Notes under the pieces: generated by a model
The model's database searches: none
Seen by the model: the letters and a program-made list of their open reading frames with translations, nothing else
Told to the model about the DNA's origin: nothing
In this document: piece by piece, positions 11,901-24,300 of the stretch
Layout of the letters: each line of letters begins with the position of its first letter
Numbering within the stretch: position 1 is the first letter of the stretch
From: Tubiluchus corallicola
Lineage: Eukaryota > Animalia > Priapulida
Direction: 5' to 3'
NCBI GenBank assembly: GCA_030141605.1
Contig: JAQGDQ010001005.1
Location: 1 to 64,000 of the forward strand
DNA: 64,000 nucleotides
Made by a program: the position numbers and the translations under genes

Positions 11901-14900
11901 TCTTTTCTGTTTGAGACTTTATTAAGCAAAGCTTGACTCTAAGAGACGCGTCTCTGTTTGAGACTTTATTAAGCAAAGCTTGACTCTAAGAGACTCTTTT
12001 CTGTTTGAGACTTTATTAAGCAAAGCTTGACTCTAAGAGACTCTTCTCTGTTTGAGACTTTATTAAGTAAAGCTTGACCCTAAGAGACTCTTCTCTGTTT
12101 GAGACTTTATTAAGTAAAGCTTGACTCTAAGAGACGCGTCTCTGTTTGAGACTTTATTAAGTAAAGCTTGACTCTAAAAGATTTCTGTTTGAGGCAATTA
12201 TAAAATATAGTAATATTAATTAACTAATGTATTGATTATTCAGTCAATTATCAAGAACACTTCCTGTGTTTTTGTAGCTACCTGGGATGTCTTAGTGACC
12301 TCATGTTACGCCCACGACGGGTTAGGATACATGAAGACACCTCTAGTAGATGAAAATGGCTGCCCTATACACAAGACTGAGTTTGTCACCCCTATGAAAC
12401 ACAACCAACTTTCAAACGGAGAACTGTCACATTACATCAACTTCCAAGTGTTCAAGTTTCCAGACAGAGACAATGTCTATTTCCAGTGTACTGTGAACGT
12501 ATGCCGGGATAAGTGTTTGAAGGTAACATAGTTTTCTTTCATGTTTTTAGAGTTGTTTTTGGATTAAGTTCTTCTATTCTTTTACAAGGTGTTTCATCTT
12601 TGCTGGAGCAGGGGAATTAAGTACGTTTTATTACATACAAAATAGCTTTTACCCAGAATGCCACATAATTTATTGAGGCCAAACTGATGAAAAGATTTTA
12701 AACGTGCCTGAAAATTAATTTCTTAGGTTGGAGAGCAAGTCTGTGATTATCAGATTTTACAAGCCTAGGTGGCTTTTAAATAAAAAGTGAAAACATATTA
12801 TTTAGCAAAACAGATGATTACTGATACTTTGCACTCTTAGGGTTATCAATAAAACAAACTCTCTGGCCATGGTAGAATGTTTTGTTGTGTTTGTCTATAA
12901 AACTTAACATGTTTTTGCGCTAAAAGGTTTTGGCAAACGGCTAACAAGTGTGCGTTACTATTTTAACCTATGTAGGTAAGCTGTGACGGGAAAGATCGAG
13001 AAAAACGTAGTTTACATGATGTCATTAGCAAGCAGAACGTGACTGATCAGTTTGATGTTTTCCGATCATTAACTGTGAGGCTACGCGGAGAATATTCCAC
13101 AACTTACTGTAAGTTACCTTATATATTTTGATAAAGAAAGAGCAAAACTAAGTATGATTTTATAATCGCTGCGATAAAGATGAGATTTATTAGGCTCTCT
13201 AGCAGTTTAGGTGGGTTTAGGCCACGGTGCATTAATACTCGAGAACCATCAAAACTGGAAATTCATCAAATTCTGAGTGCGCAGAATCGAAAATTGACCA
13301 ATTCTGCTCAAATCGTTTGGGATAACGCCATTGAAATTGTGTTTCTTAAAGCGTTATATCTGGAACGTGCTTTTTTTCAAAATACAGAATATTGTTTTTC
13401 TATGAATGACAAGTGATGTGTACGGAAAGTAGGGGTGAGCATCGAACGTTCGAGTTTGAACGTTCGAATCGGATTCGAACGCTCGGATTCGATTCGAACG
13501 AGTTTTTTTAGTTCGAACTCGATTCGAATCCAAAACTATAGATTCGAATAATTCAGCACTTCAATCACATGTGTTCCTGATCACTAAAACGATTGAAACA
13601 ATTAGCATTATTTAGCTGTGATTTCCGTGCACAACTTTAAACAAATTACTAGTCGTTTTATTGCAGAAGAAAATCTAGTGATACACATGATCTTTGTAAG
13701 ACTAATTTTTACTGGTGGTTCGAAAACTTGTTCAAAAATCGTTCAATCTCAACTCGAATTCGAAACACTGAAGTTCGGTTCGATTCGAATTCGAAGGTCA
13801 CAAATTCGGTTCGATTCGAATTCGCTTTCTGGTAGAGAATGCTCACCCCTAACGGAAAGGCACTGTAAACTTTTCTAATCATGCGATAACAGGATTCATT
13901 CAGTTTATTTAAACGAGCAACTGATAACAGTGTTTAGAAACAAACGAAGACGTATCCAAGCCTGTATTGATGCTAAAGGACGTCACTTTCGAACATTGTT
14001 TATAATTGTCGTTCATATTTATCTCCTGTATTGTATATTGAAACATGCTGTTAATAAATATAGGCCATATAAGTGTTCAGTGACTTTCCGAACACCCTGC
14101 ACAAGTATTGTATATTGAAACATGTTTGTTAATAAATATAGGCCATATAAGTGTTCAGTGACTTTCCGAACACCCTGTACAAGCCTACTGCAAAAGACCT
14201 GTACAATGTACGGTAGCGGCTTTATGGAAAGTTTTTTACCAAAATGATTTAAGTTCTATTGGCGATTATTCCATTTTTAGTATTAAATAAGTGCAATCAT
14301 AATTCATAATTCATTTTTACTTTGCACAATGTGTTGTAATTATAAATAAACATTTTTGTCAAATGCACGTAAAAGAAATAAAATCACTAATTCTAATTCT
14401 GCTAGAGCACGATTGTTTCCTGGCTAGAAAATAAAAAAGTTAGCTTTTCGCTATTGTTTAGTTAAAGTTAGTTAAAGTCAAACTAAACCTTCAATATAGG
14501 CTTTTGCAACCTAAAAACTTACTATCATTACGAATATTCTATTAATTCTATTATAAACTTACTGTAAAACTCGTTTCTTTTGATTTTTATCACTTCCTTG
14601 TTAGCTGTATTAAATTTGAAGCTCCGCCATTTTTTCGTTGCGGGAGACGTAATTGTTACATGACGTAATTGTTAAAGCATTTCTTTACGCGTGAGTATAG
14701 CATTAACTTTCAGTTGCCCTTCGTCATTCATGGTTTTAAATTCCGGTTTACTGACTCCATACGTAGTAACGTAACCTCTGAAGGTTTCTGTATTATTGCT
14801 AAATACGAGAAACATGGCGGTCCTCAAGACAATGTAGTGAATGTACACCAGGGGTGTGCAAATTATCTGACTAGCCGGTCCCACATTAGACATTCCCGCA

Positions 14901-15545
14901 ATTCCTGCGGGCCACATGCAGTTTGGTGAAGGAGCCAAGTACAGTAGGACCTAATAACGATTTTTCTGCATCTGATCTGTCGCATCATTACTGCTGCAAA
15001 CTACAATCAAAAAACTATTTTAGAATTATTAAAATTTATATTAAAAACCATATAATGTCCGACAGTGACATTAAGTGACAACGGTCTTGTAAGGGTTAAT
15101 GCCATCCGATCTAGAGGAAAAAACTACCCGCACTATCTTTGGGATCGTGGCACGGACTTCAGTTGGATTGCCTAGGCCGCACTTTCATTACGTTGACAAA
15201 CCTCTTCGCGGGCCGCAGTTTGCACACCCCTGATGTATACATTCGAAGTTCGCCAGAAAAAGAACAAGTTATTTAATTTACCTGTTCACTTTACATAACA
15301 TGAACTACAAATTCTTTTTGTAATCATAATACGGTGAAAACTTCAATGCTTTAATTTGAGTCAATATTTTCTTTTCAGCGACGGGGACGGTAGCACCGCA
15401 TTCACACAAGTCTGACGTATGCGTGTCCAAGACAACCATGGCTGTCAGTTTCACCATCTTGGCTTTCTTTCTAATAGTCGCCATAGCTCTTTCACTTACT
15501 TGCCTTGCTATGCTGCGAAGACGGGTTGTATCCACAACATTGTAG
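4863..15545 (+). CDS. ZP-domain (cuticlin/Dusky-like) transmembrane extracellular-matrix protein with Gly/Tyr/Arg-rich N-terminus; 5'-partial; join(4863..5939,8220..8514,12278..12522,12976..13108,15379..15545)
   Basis: All GT-AG introns are phase-compatible (0,1,0,1), giving 638 aa plus stop. ZP-N (ECDAKKRKIRVSV...GCGT...YRNTL...AYIVQC), ZP-C (VGEMATL...VTSCYAHDG...LVDENGCP...FQVFKFPD...VYFQCTVNVC), furin-type REKR, TM helix, short RRR tail. Confidence 0.9.
5978..6951. mobile_element. Non-autonomous TIR element with GCGTAAT/GCGTGAT subterminal repeats (family I)
   Basis: ttaaggtacgactcc ... ggagtcgtagcttaa; duplicated right end; inverted homolog at about 38565-39154. Confidence 0.7.
7355..7555 (+). 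mobile_element. GC-rich segment resembling the 5' UTR of RTE-clade LINEs
   Basis: gttggcatccttctgtctcggaagacaatgg ... gatacgtttggcaccag; recognised from memory, not searched. Confidence 0.45.
8220..8514 (+). CDS. ZP gene exon: end of ZP-N, linker, start of ZP-C
   Basis: tttcag|AAC...AGTT|gtaagt; NQGTYPSG...HPKS. Confidence 0.88.
8597..8872. repeat. Tandem repeat, 3 units of about 85-99 bp
   Basis: cgctcatagtccagtgcaaatgtggcaaac at 8597, 8696 and 8789. Confidence 0.9.
11095..12192. repeat. 47-bp minisatellite, about 23 copies
   Basis: ctctgtttgagactttattaagyaaagcttgactctaagagactctt. Confidence 0.95.
12278..12522 (+). CDS. ZP gene exon: ZP-C core
   Basis: ttgtag|CT...AAG|gtaac; TWDVLVTSCYAHDG...CRDKCLK. 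Confidence 0.92.
12976..13108 (+). CDS. ZP gene exon: last Cys, furin-type site, hydrophobic patch
   Basis: tgtag|GTAAGCTGT...TACT|gtaagt; VSCDGKDREKRSLHD...FDVFRSLTVRL. Confidence 0.85.
13412..14179 (+). mobile_element. Tc1/mariner remnant interrupted by the 13430 MITE, with a duplicated right end
   Basis: Transposase tail RRIQACIDAKGRHFRTL; right TIR gtgactttccgaacaccctg(ta) present twice. Confidence 0.75.
13430..13851. mobile_element. TTCGAA-rich hAT-type MITE
   Basis: TIR taggggtgagcat / atgctcaccccta; perfect TSD acggaaag; related inverted fragment at about 147-197. Confidence 0.85.
14849..15232. mobile_element. hAT/Charlie-like MITE family B
   Basis: TIR caggggtgtgcaaa / tttgcacacccctg; TSD atgtacac/atgtatac. 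Confidence 0.85.
15379..15545 (+). CDS. ZP gene terminal exon: transmembrane helix and stop
   Basis: ttttcag|CG...; DVCVSKTTMAVSFTILAFFLIVAIALSLTCLAMLRRRVVSTTL*; AATAAA near 15669. Confidence 0.85.
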
Positions 15546-17789
15546 TGTTCTGAATTCTACTCTTATTGTAAAGTTTTACATAATTATTGTACATAATTAT
15601 TTGTACTGGTCAGTAAAAAAATCAAAATTCTTCTTGCCTCTAAAAATCAAATGAACTGGCACACAACTAATAAAGTAGCACTGTCCTATTATGATGTCAG
15701 TATTTGACGAAAGGTGGCGCAGCTGCTGTAGCCAACGAGTTTAGGTCAGTAAAAAATCAAAATGCTTCTTGCCAATAAAGATCAGATGAACTGGCATGAA
15801 ACTATTGTACTTTGAAGTACTGTCTTAATATGATTTCTGTATTTGATGATAGAGTTATAGTCAACGAGCTTGGTAAAATGTAAATAATGCAGAACAACGC
15901 TGAGGTGCTTGAAATGTAACTAGATTAATGTATCGTCAAATAATATTCATCATTTTCATCATGATTATCAGTTATGAAAATAATCAAACGAAGGAATTAT
16001 TTCAAACACTCATAACCATTAATGTAAATTCATAAATAAATTCATGTACAATGATTAGTAGATTTGATAACATACCGCGTAAGACCTATAATAGGCCTAA
16101 ACCGTTTGGCCTAGTTTCTACAAATGCACTGTCACATGGCCTATTGATAAAGACATTAACAAATATTGATTAAAAATTTTAGTATTTTATCATATTGTAT
16201 AATAAAAAATATTTTTTATTTTTTAAAGTAAAAGGATCGCCGAACCAGGTGTGATACTGTATCGACGTTAACTGTCTCAGTTAATCGTATGTAATCAGTA
16301 CAGGTTTAGTAGTTTGAACTGTTAATTAACTAATAAAGTGATTATAACAAAACAGGTATTAGGTATTTTCTGTACAAATACGGTAAGTCGGAGTGTAAAG
16401 GATTAAGATAGTTCCTACTGCGCTATCTCCAAATAATCTATCAAATTTGCATATAAACTTCATCATAATGTTTATTTTATTTTCGGCACTAAAGTCATTG
16501 ACAAACAATATAAAGTTTACACCTTTATAAAGTCAACGTGAGGGAAAACATGGAGATTTTCTTCGCGAAGAACCTTTATTAAATTTTCAGCATTTCAAAA
16601 GATTTCTATTAAGCCCATTGCCAAAATCTTATTAATCTCAATCACAACAACAACATCAAAGACATCAACAATGAAAACACGTGCAAATATCATTCATGGC
16701 TGAATTAATCTACAATACTTCTTAAATTAGTTCAGGTAATCATAGCTACATGCATTCACTTCATTTAGTTAGAAAAGTATACAGGTATTATTATTATTAC
16801 CATTGAGTAACAGGGAAACAGGCTTAATAACAGGGTTTTCAGGTTTGTTGTGCGCACGCGCAGTTGGTGTGTGGGTCAAAGGTTAAGTTTACCACAGCAA
16901 CGCGTCTCAACTACAACAGCCACGTGACGAGTGAGTAAAGCGAAATCGTTTGTAACTTCAGTTGATTTACGTGAACTTTGTTAAATTATGCCTTAGTCTG
17001 ATTTACTAGCAGGATCTTCCTTGGCAACAAGAAAAAACGAACTAGTCAATGTTCTAGCTAGCTGTTAAAACTGTTACTATCACAACAGCATAGGTTGCGA
17101 GGCATTGTCAGGTGTACACAAATGCGTTGTCTGATATACTTAACCTTTGACCTTTTCACGACCATCGTCAATCACTGGATGTATGAAAAGGCTTATTTAG
17201 CTTTACGTTATCCAAGATGTACACCTTAAAACAATTAAGGCACTAGACTTGGCTAGGAGAATAAGGAGATAATCAATAATAACCTGAACTAAATGACTTA
17301 CTGATGCAACTAAACCGCCGTACAAGTTATTTAGGAAAAATATCAAACAACACGTACTACTTATTTATAACTGCATTTAATAGCATGGTAAACAAGATAG
17401 AGTGACTGACCAAAAATATAAAGAAAATATCAAATACATGCAAATGTATTAAGGACGTATAAAATTATTTGGGCTTTATCAGGAGTACAGTAGATTTGCC
17501 TTGGCTCATTTTTCTGCATCAAAGTCCAGTGTGGACAATAATTTCTATTCTGTTGACCCTGATGTCGACAGTGATAGTGGGAGGTGCAAGAAGTTGTGAA
17601 GGCAGCGTTATGAGGAAGCTTCGAGACGCAACCACGATAACAGAAGATGGCACAGAAACATTGGCAATTTAAGTTGAGTCGACCTCGATAGCAGAAATTA
17701 CAGACGACGACCTCGTTATCAAAAGTTGCTGCGAAAACTATGTTGATGTAGTAACTATGGGAGAGTCAATCTCCAAACTGGAATCTGTT

Positions 17790-18636
17790 GCAGAATGTTC
17801 AGGAATTAACTCCGATGATACAAGCCAGACTTCTGGCAGTCACTCAATGTTCCAGAAGCTTCAGGAATTAACTCCGATGATACAAGCCAGACTTCTGGCG
17901 GTCACTCAATGTTCCAGAAGCTCCAGGAATTAACTCCAATGATACAAGCCAGACTTCTGGCGGTCACTCAATGTTCCAGAAGCTCCAGGAATTAACTCCA
18001 ATGATACAAGCCAGACTTCTGGCGGTCACTCAATGTTCCAGAAGCTTCAGGACTTAACTTTGATAATACAAGCCAGACTTCTGGCAGTCACTCAATGTTC
18101 CAGAAGCTCCAGGAATTAACTCCGATGATACAAGCCAGACTTCTGGCAGTCACTCAATGTTGCAGAAGCTTCAGGAATTAACTCCGATGATACAAGCCAG
18201 ACTTCTGGCGGTCACTCAATGTTCCAGAAGCTCCAGGAATTAACTCCGATGATACAAGCCAGACTTCTGGCAGTCACTCAATGTTGCAGAAGCTTCAGGA
18301 ATTAACTCCGATGATACAAGCCAGACTTCTGGCAGTCACTCAATGTTGCAGAAGCTTCAGGAGTTAACTTCGATAATACAAGCCAGACTTCTGGCAGTCA
18401 CTCAATGTTCCAGAAGCTTCAGGAATTAACTCCGGTAATACAGGCCAGACTTCTGTCAGTCACTCAATGTTCCAGAAGCTTCAGGAATTAACTCCGGTAA
18501 TACAGGCCAGACTTCTGTCAGTCACTCAATGCTGCAGAAGCTTTAGGAATTAACTCCGATAATACAGGCCAGACTTCTGGTAGTCACTCAATGTTCCAGA
18601 CGCTTCAGGAATTAACTCCGATAATAATACAAGTCA
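17790..18636. repeat. 62-bp minisatellite, about 13.5 copies
   Basis: caggaattaactccgatgatacaagccagacttctggcagtcactcaatgttccagaagctt; starts at 17800, 17862 ... 18606. Confidence 0.95.
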
Positions 18637-19215
18637 GGCTGCTCAGTGTAATAGAAGTTAAAGCATAAACGTTGGGAACTATCCTCCACCCTGGAAATTG
18701 ACGACTATGGAAGAAGTTTTCGGAATCATCCTTGGTAAGAGAAGTTGAAACCAAAACTTAGCTAATCAACTTTAGCACCGGATTTTTACAAGCAGTCAGC
18801 AATTTGTACTGGAAGTTAAGTTAATGGCAAATCAACCTACCACTGACAAAGATAAGAGCATAAGCAGCCTTGATTATTTTCTTTAACTACACCTATTCAT
18901 TAACAATGATGTGACTTTTAACTCCATAAGCTAGCAAACTATTATTAAGTTACACGATAATATTAATAAATTATTATTACTAATATGAATCAATTAAGCC
19001 ATTACAGGTTGTATTATGACAAATGACCACAGTCTTAGACAATAATTATTACTATCACCGGGTTATTTACAAGTGCACATATGTGAACATGAATAGAATC
19101 ACACAATGGTTGTCACAGCATTGACCATATTTATAAAATAGTCCACAATTATGACATCCATGTGTAGTTATGCATGGATTCTAAGTATCACACATTGATG
19201 TATGTAGGAAATTCC

Positions 19216-19763
19216 CAGTGGCGGCTCGTGCATAGGTACTGTGGAAATGCAGCACCCCTATTTTTACTCAATATTATCGATAATATTCTATACAATAAGT
19301 TTTTTCTTTGGTTATTTCTTGATACAAGTGTGGTATGGGTATGGTCCAGAGCACGTGAGGGTAGTACCTGTTTGCTTCACAGCCCAGCACAGTGTACTCC
19401 CAGTTCAAGCAACGTGTTGTTTGACTGTTGTGCCATGTGCACATGTCTGAGATAAGATGCTGTACCTCAAGTAGAAAAAGTACTATCGCTCATGCAGTGT
19501 GTGTTGTCAGTTGTCACGTGTTTAAAAACCGTGTGCCGGCGTACTCTTGAACTGCGACAATTTACAACTATTCGTACGCAAACAATATTTTTTGTTTAGG
19601 ATTTTACGATGTTTATGTATAAATTTTCGTATGTTTGTTTGTTTTAAATTACAATTGCAGCATTAAAATTACACGTGTTTGTTTCGTATTACACAGTATT
19701 AGAATAATGGCTAAAAATTTTCTGAAGCAGCCCCCCAGTAATTGTAGCTACGAGCCGCCACTG
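19216..19763. mobile_element. MITE family E
   Basis: TIR cagtggcggctcgt / acgagccgccactg; diverged homolog at about 36030-36520. Confidence 0.75.
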
Positions 19764-20620
19764 GAAAACGTCTTTAGCTTAAGAGAACATGCCCAGTGAG
19801 TTTCTCTTTTTGACCATTGGTCAGTGTGCATTGTTGTCTAGAGTACAATGTCAAAAAGCCGTCTTCTAAATTCTCTATAGTGACCATCTTGCTATATCTC
19901 CTACGTTATTTCAGTGCAGGACTAATACAATAAACTACATTGATTGCACACAGCTTATCACTAATAAACACGACACTTAGCAAACCATCTACGATTATCA
20001 AACAATACACGTAATTGATAAAACCGATGAAGCATAAACATAAAGCTGGTAAAAAATTTCTACAAATTTCTTCTAAAAAATTTAGTTTGCATTTTGAAGT
20101 TAGTACCAATTAAAGACAAAAAAATAAATTTGCAAGTTATGTATTTGCAAACTGTGGGCAAACAAGATTAGGAAAAACTTGTTAATATGAAATGGCCGGA
20201 TGAAAAAATTGATAATTACTTTGCATCTAAGCTATCTAAATCTACAGTACAGCTACAGTCAATATAGTCTGACAAATATCTTAATTTTGTCTCAAAATTT
20301 TCCTTTAGCGGCAGAAGTTTACCAGTTTTAATCCAAATTACGTTTGTGAGTTTTTAACGTAAGCAAAGGTGTTGATGTTTACTGAAGTAATAATCCAAAA
20401 TTTGAAATCAATGGACCACTATTAATGAATTCAATTAAATGTAGAATACATTCAAGCTTAGCGACCAGATTTACAGTAATGCAATTAAAAAAAATAAACA
20501 AATTTATGCTCAACATAAACCCAATAGAAACAAAAGAAAATAATGCACATCAGTTGATTCAAAGCCATAAGTGTTTTTGCACTGCATAAGCTTGCAATTG
20601 TTTCCTACATTTCTCTTGTA

Positions 20621-20711
20621 CAGCCTAACCTCGTTATCTCGCCACTGTCCGTCTAGGGCAAATTTTTGGCGAGAGGCAAGTATGGCATGGCGAGATAACG
20701 AGGTTAGACTG
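20621..20711. mobile_element. 91-bp Tigger-like mini-MITE hairpin
   Basis: TA-cagcctaacctcgttatctcgcca ... tggcgagataacgaggttagactg-TA. Confidence 0.8.
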
Positions 20712-21212
20712 TATATTATTAAAATTTTATAACTTGAGCCTTAATCATTAGATTTAAACAAACATTGAACTTTCCCTGATTAAAGCCACAATAAATACAA
20801 ACAAATTAGAGAAACATTAATGTGACTGTTAATTAGCAAACAGACATTCATGATAAAACAAAAGCTCATTAACTTGTTCTAAATTTATACATACGTAAGC
20901 ATTGTTCCCTGACGCAATCTGTCTATGAAAATAACAAAAACAAAAACCTACACATTCTACACTAGATTTTATACTAGCCGCCTAGAAAATTAAAAAACTA
21001 TACCTGGCAAGATTAGTTTAAGTTAACAAAATCGAAACTTAACAAAAATAGTATTACGGGACTTCCGAAAATTGCATAAGAAAATCACCATTTGATGAGT
21101 AACGGTAAACTTTCGGAAAAAGTTAAAATCTCTCATCCGAAAATTAGCTAATCGTTCTGACTCGGCAGCCATGCAAGAAAAATCACAACAGTGAGAAACT
21201 TGAGATTGCACA

Positions 21213-21350
21213 CTACTCCAAGTTACTGTACATTGTGTCGATTTGCGATCGGAAGTACTGTCGCAGAGCCGGTCGCTTGCTCTTGAATGTTGGAGTCAGA
21301 AAACCATTTTCTACACTGAATAATTCTGCATGTAGGTAAATATCTTTCAC
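21213..21350 (-). CDS. ACSL1/5/6: ACSL terminal exon 17
   Basis: [45 protein letters not shown]. Confidence 0.94.
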   Translation of the reverse strand: MKDIYLHAELFSVENGFLTPTFKSKRPALRQYFRSQIDTMYSNLE

Positions 21351-24300
21351 CTATAAGAAGACAATATCAGGTTAGTTAATTAGTGTTTAACGAGAGTATA
21401 CTAACTATTTAATGTGGTGCACGAATCAAATCACCTATGTGCCATCAACCCAGAGAGCTTTTATAGCCTCCAGCTTTAGCAAAATCTGCTTATGCTACGT
21501 AGAACATTAAAGCTAGATGATTTGCCAATGGAAGGTGGCTATGGAAATGACATTTAGTGCTTGAAAAGAAAATGTGCTGAAACACTATTCTCGATATATG
21601 CTAAAGGTACCAAGTTTCTCCGATGTAAAGGTCAGGGGTCAAGGTCACACAGCAGTAACTCAAGGTTAATGTGCTAGGAGTTCAATCAAGCTTATCTAGG
21701 TTCAATTTCAACATCTCAGTTTGATATAGAAGGAAAAACAGAAATGCCCATCTAAATGGTGAAATGCACGTAACAGTAAAGAACTAGAATGCGAAATTGC
21801 GTTTGTGTGGTAATAAGTCTTTCACGTAAGTTACTTTTGAAAAAATAGTATGTGTCCTTTCAATCTTTTAAAGAGTAGATTGTTTTGAACTACAGTTTAA
21901 GATTGGATCCGGTTTTCCTTTAAATAATTGTGCCTTCCTCACCCATTAAACAGATACATTCTGTTTCGTGTTGAAAAATACAAGAGACATAAAACTTAAA
22001 TCCGAAAACCTCTCAAAATATTTTTCAAGAATATCTTTGAGACAATAAAAGTACTTAGAAATGGCTGTAAAAACCCATCAAATGTAATTTCCGATCTTCA
22101 AAATGTTATTCAACATGATAATAACAGATTTGGATGATGTACATTCAGACTTTGAACAGCTGTATAGCCATTTTGCACAGCATTTTGCAATTCAATGACA
22201 CACAGCGAAAACACAACAAAAACATGGCATCAAGTTTCAATTTCGAAAACTGCAGTTATTTAGAAGGCTGGATTCACTAGATGCTCAATTTGCGATACGC
22301 AGGAAGCTTAGAAAAGAAACCACGACCACAGTTTCAGAAAAGCTCACTGTAGTCGGGCTGGTTTTAAGCCAATCAAACAGATTTGTTCAAATTGAGCCCC
22401 GTGCCAAGAGTACCCTGTATACATGCTCGAGTGGAGGATGCTACCAGGGGCCTATTAACCAATAGGCTAACTAGGCTATAGCCTAGGGTGCCAAAGTTTG
22501 AGGGCGTCGCATTTTAGAAAAAATTCTTATTCTCGGAAAATGAGTATACTTTCATATTTATGTAAAGGGCGCATTTTATAATACACCACAGACAGTTACT
22601 TAGCTCAGCTTCTACATGTATATAAGTGCCACATAACGAACAGGTGCAACATATTACACAACAAGCAGTTGTGCGATCTGCTTGAACGTAAGCACATATA
22701 TGTAATTAATAATGGCAACGTAGACACTAGCTTAGTGTTTCTAATACACGACAAGTAACTGTTTGATTCCTTCATTATATAAGCAGCCATAAGTTCACAA
22801 TACAGATGGGTGGGACAGAATTTTGAGTCTAGGACGTCGTAATGTCTTGATATGTCACTGGACGTTATGATGAATTGATAAATGTCCAGAGTGCACAAAG
22901 TTTGCTGATACTGTGAAGGCAGTGACACCATTCAGTCTGTCCTCGTATATCTATGTTTCAAGATATGTTTCTGATCGTTTGTTTACCTGTTTTGTAATTT
23001 CATTTTAGCGTTGCCATTTAACTTTCTAAAACAAGGTAATTTGCGAGGCCTATTACGAATTAGTCAGATCGTCATTGGATTTTTATTTTTCTAATTTGTG
23101 GATGATATTCAAACCCTCAACACAAGTTAGAACATTGTTTCACAAGAGTGGCTAAATAATTTGGCTGTGCTATCTCTAGAAAATGACATTACAAAAACTA
23201 CTGACTTTGAAATGATTTTGAAAGATTTCTCGAATAAAAAAGCCAGAAAACTCAGATTTTAGAAGGCCTATGCACAAACATTATGTCAGTAATTATCTTT
23301 ACTTGAATAAAACATTAAAACTTTTATATGAGGTTTCTATTTTTCGTGCAGCATTGTGGCTAATATTGGAGCCTCAAGCCTTCAATACTTTTTGGCTGAA
23401 ACTGGCATATTACACGAAGGATCAGTGTTTGCAGGGTAAAAGGCCCACCAAAATTTTCTAATTGGGCCACAGGGTACAAGGCCCACCAACAATTTTCTAA
23501 TTGGGCTACACACTTCCTGCCACTGGTCCTGCATGTAGTAAGACTTCTACTGCACACTTCCAAACTGTAACATGGTAACTAACTGTAGTTATTGTTTAAT
23601 GACACACTGTTCTGTAACATTGCTTTGCAAAGTGAATCATATACAAAGGCTTACTGTTAAGATAGTTTGAAATGGTTACCTGCTCGAACGAATGTAAACC
23701 TGCATCTTTTCCGGCTGCGATCATTTGTTCAAAAATCTCTTTCTTTACATCCTACAAACAAAAATCAATAAGCCATTGCAGTCGTGACCAATCTGTCAGC
23801 AAGAATAAGGAAAGATGATGATTTGTTAAAACTAAATATGGAAGCAAAACGGAATATCAAGAACATTTGCAGTTACTGGTTATAACTAGTTAATGAGTTT
23901 AATCCATTATAGCTTTGCTATTTTATTAATTCCTACTGTTCACTGACCACCATAAGTGTGCTTGAATGACAAAAACGTCCGGAAGTTGGCATATAGCTTT
24001 TCTAGTTATTCACATATCGCGAATCTCTATTTCATGAGGATCATTTTGATACCAAGTTCATGGCTCTATGTTATTTCTAAGCTGAGATAATCCACATTGA
24101 ATTTGAGGTGCAGGCTACAAACCGAAAAGCATAACCTTGAGAAACTCGCTGTTACAGTTTGCCATTGTTTTGGTCATGCTTCTACAAAAACACTCTGCCA
24201 ATGTACGAATTGGTGGTTGCTATGGACTTTGCAAGAGTGAATTGATGTTTAAATGCTGTAGATGGCTCTTCCAAATGAAGACTTGGGCTTGGCAACAGAA

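Noticed and set aside
11095-12192. CRISPR or coding repeat
   Set aside because: Contiguous 47-bp units with no spacers; the period is not a multiple of 3.
12680-12712. Hammerhead-like CTGATGA core
   Set aside because: No GAAA after a plausible stem II, and no stems I or III.
17469-17790. Possible coding exon next to the 62-bp array
   Set aside because: Frames I checked are interrupted by stops and show no recognisable motif; probably decayed repeat.
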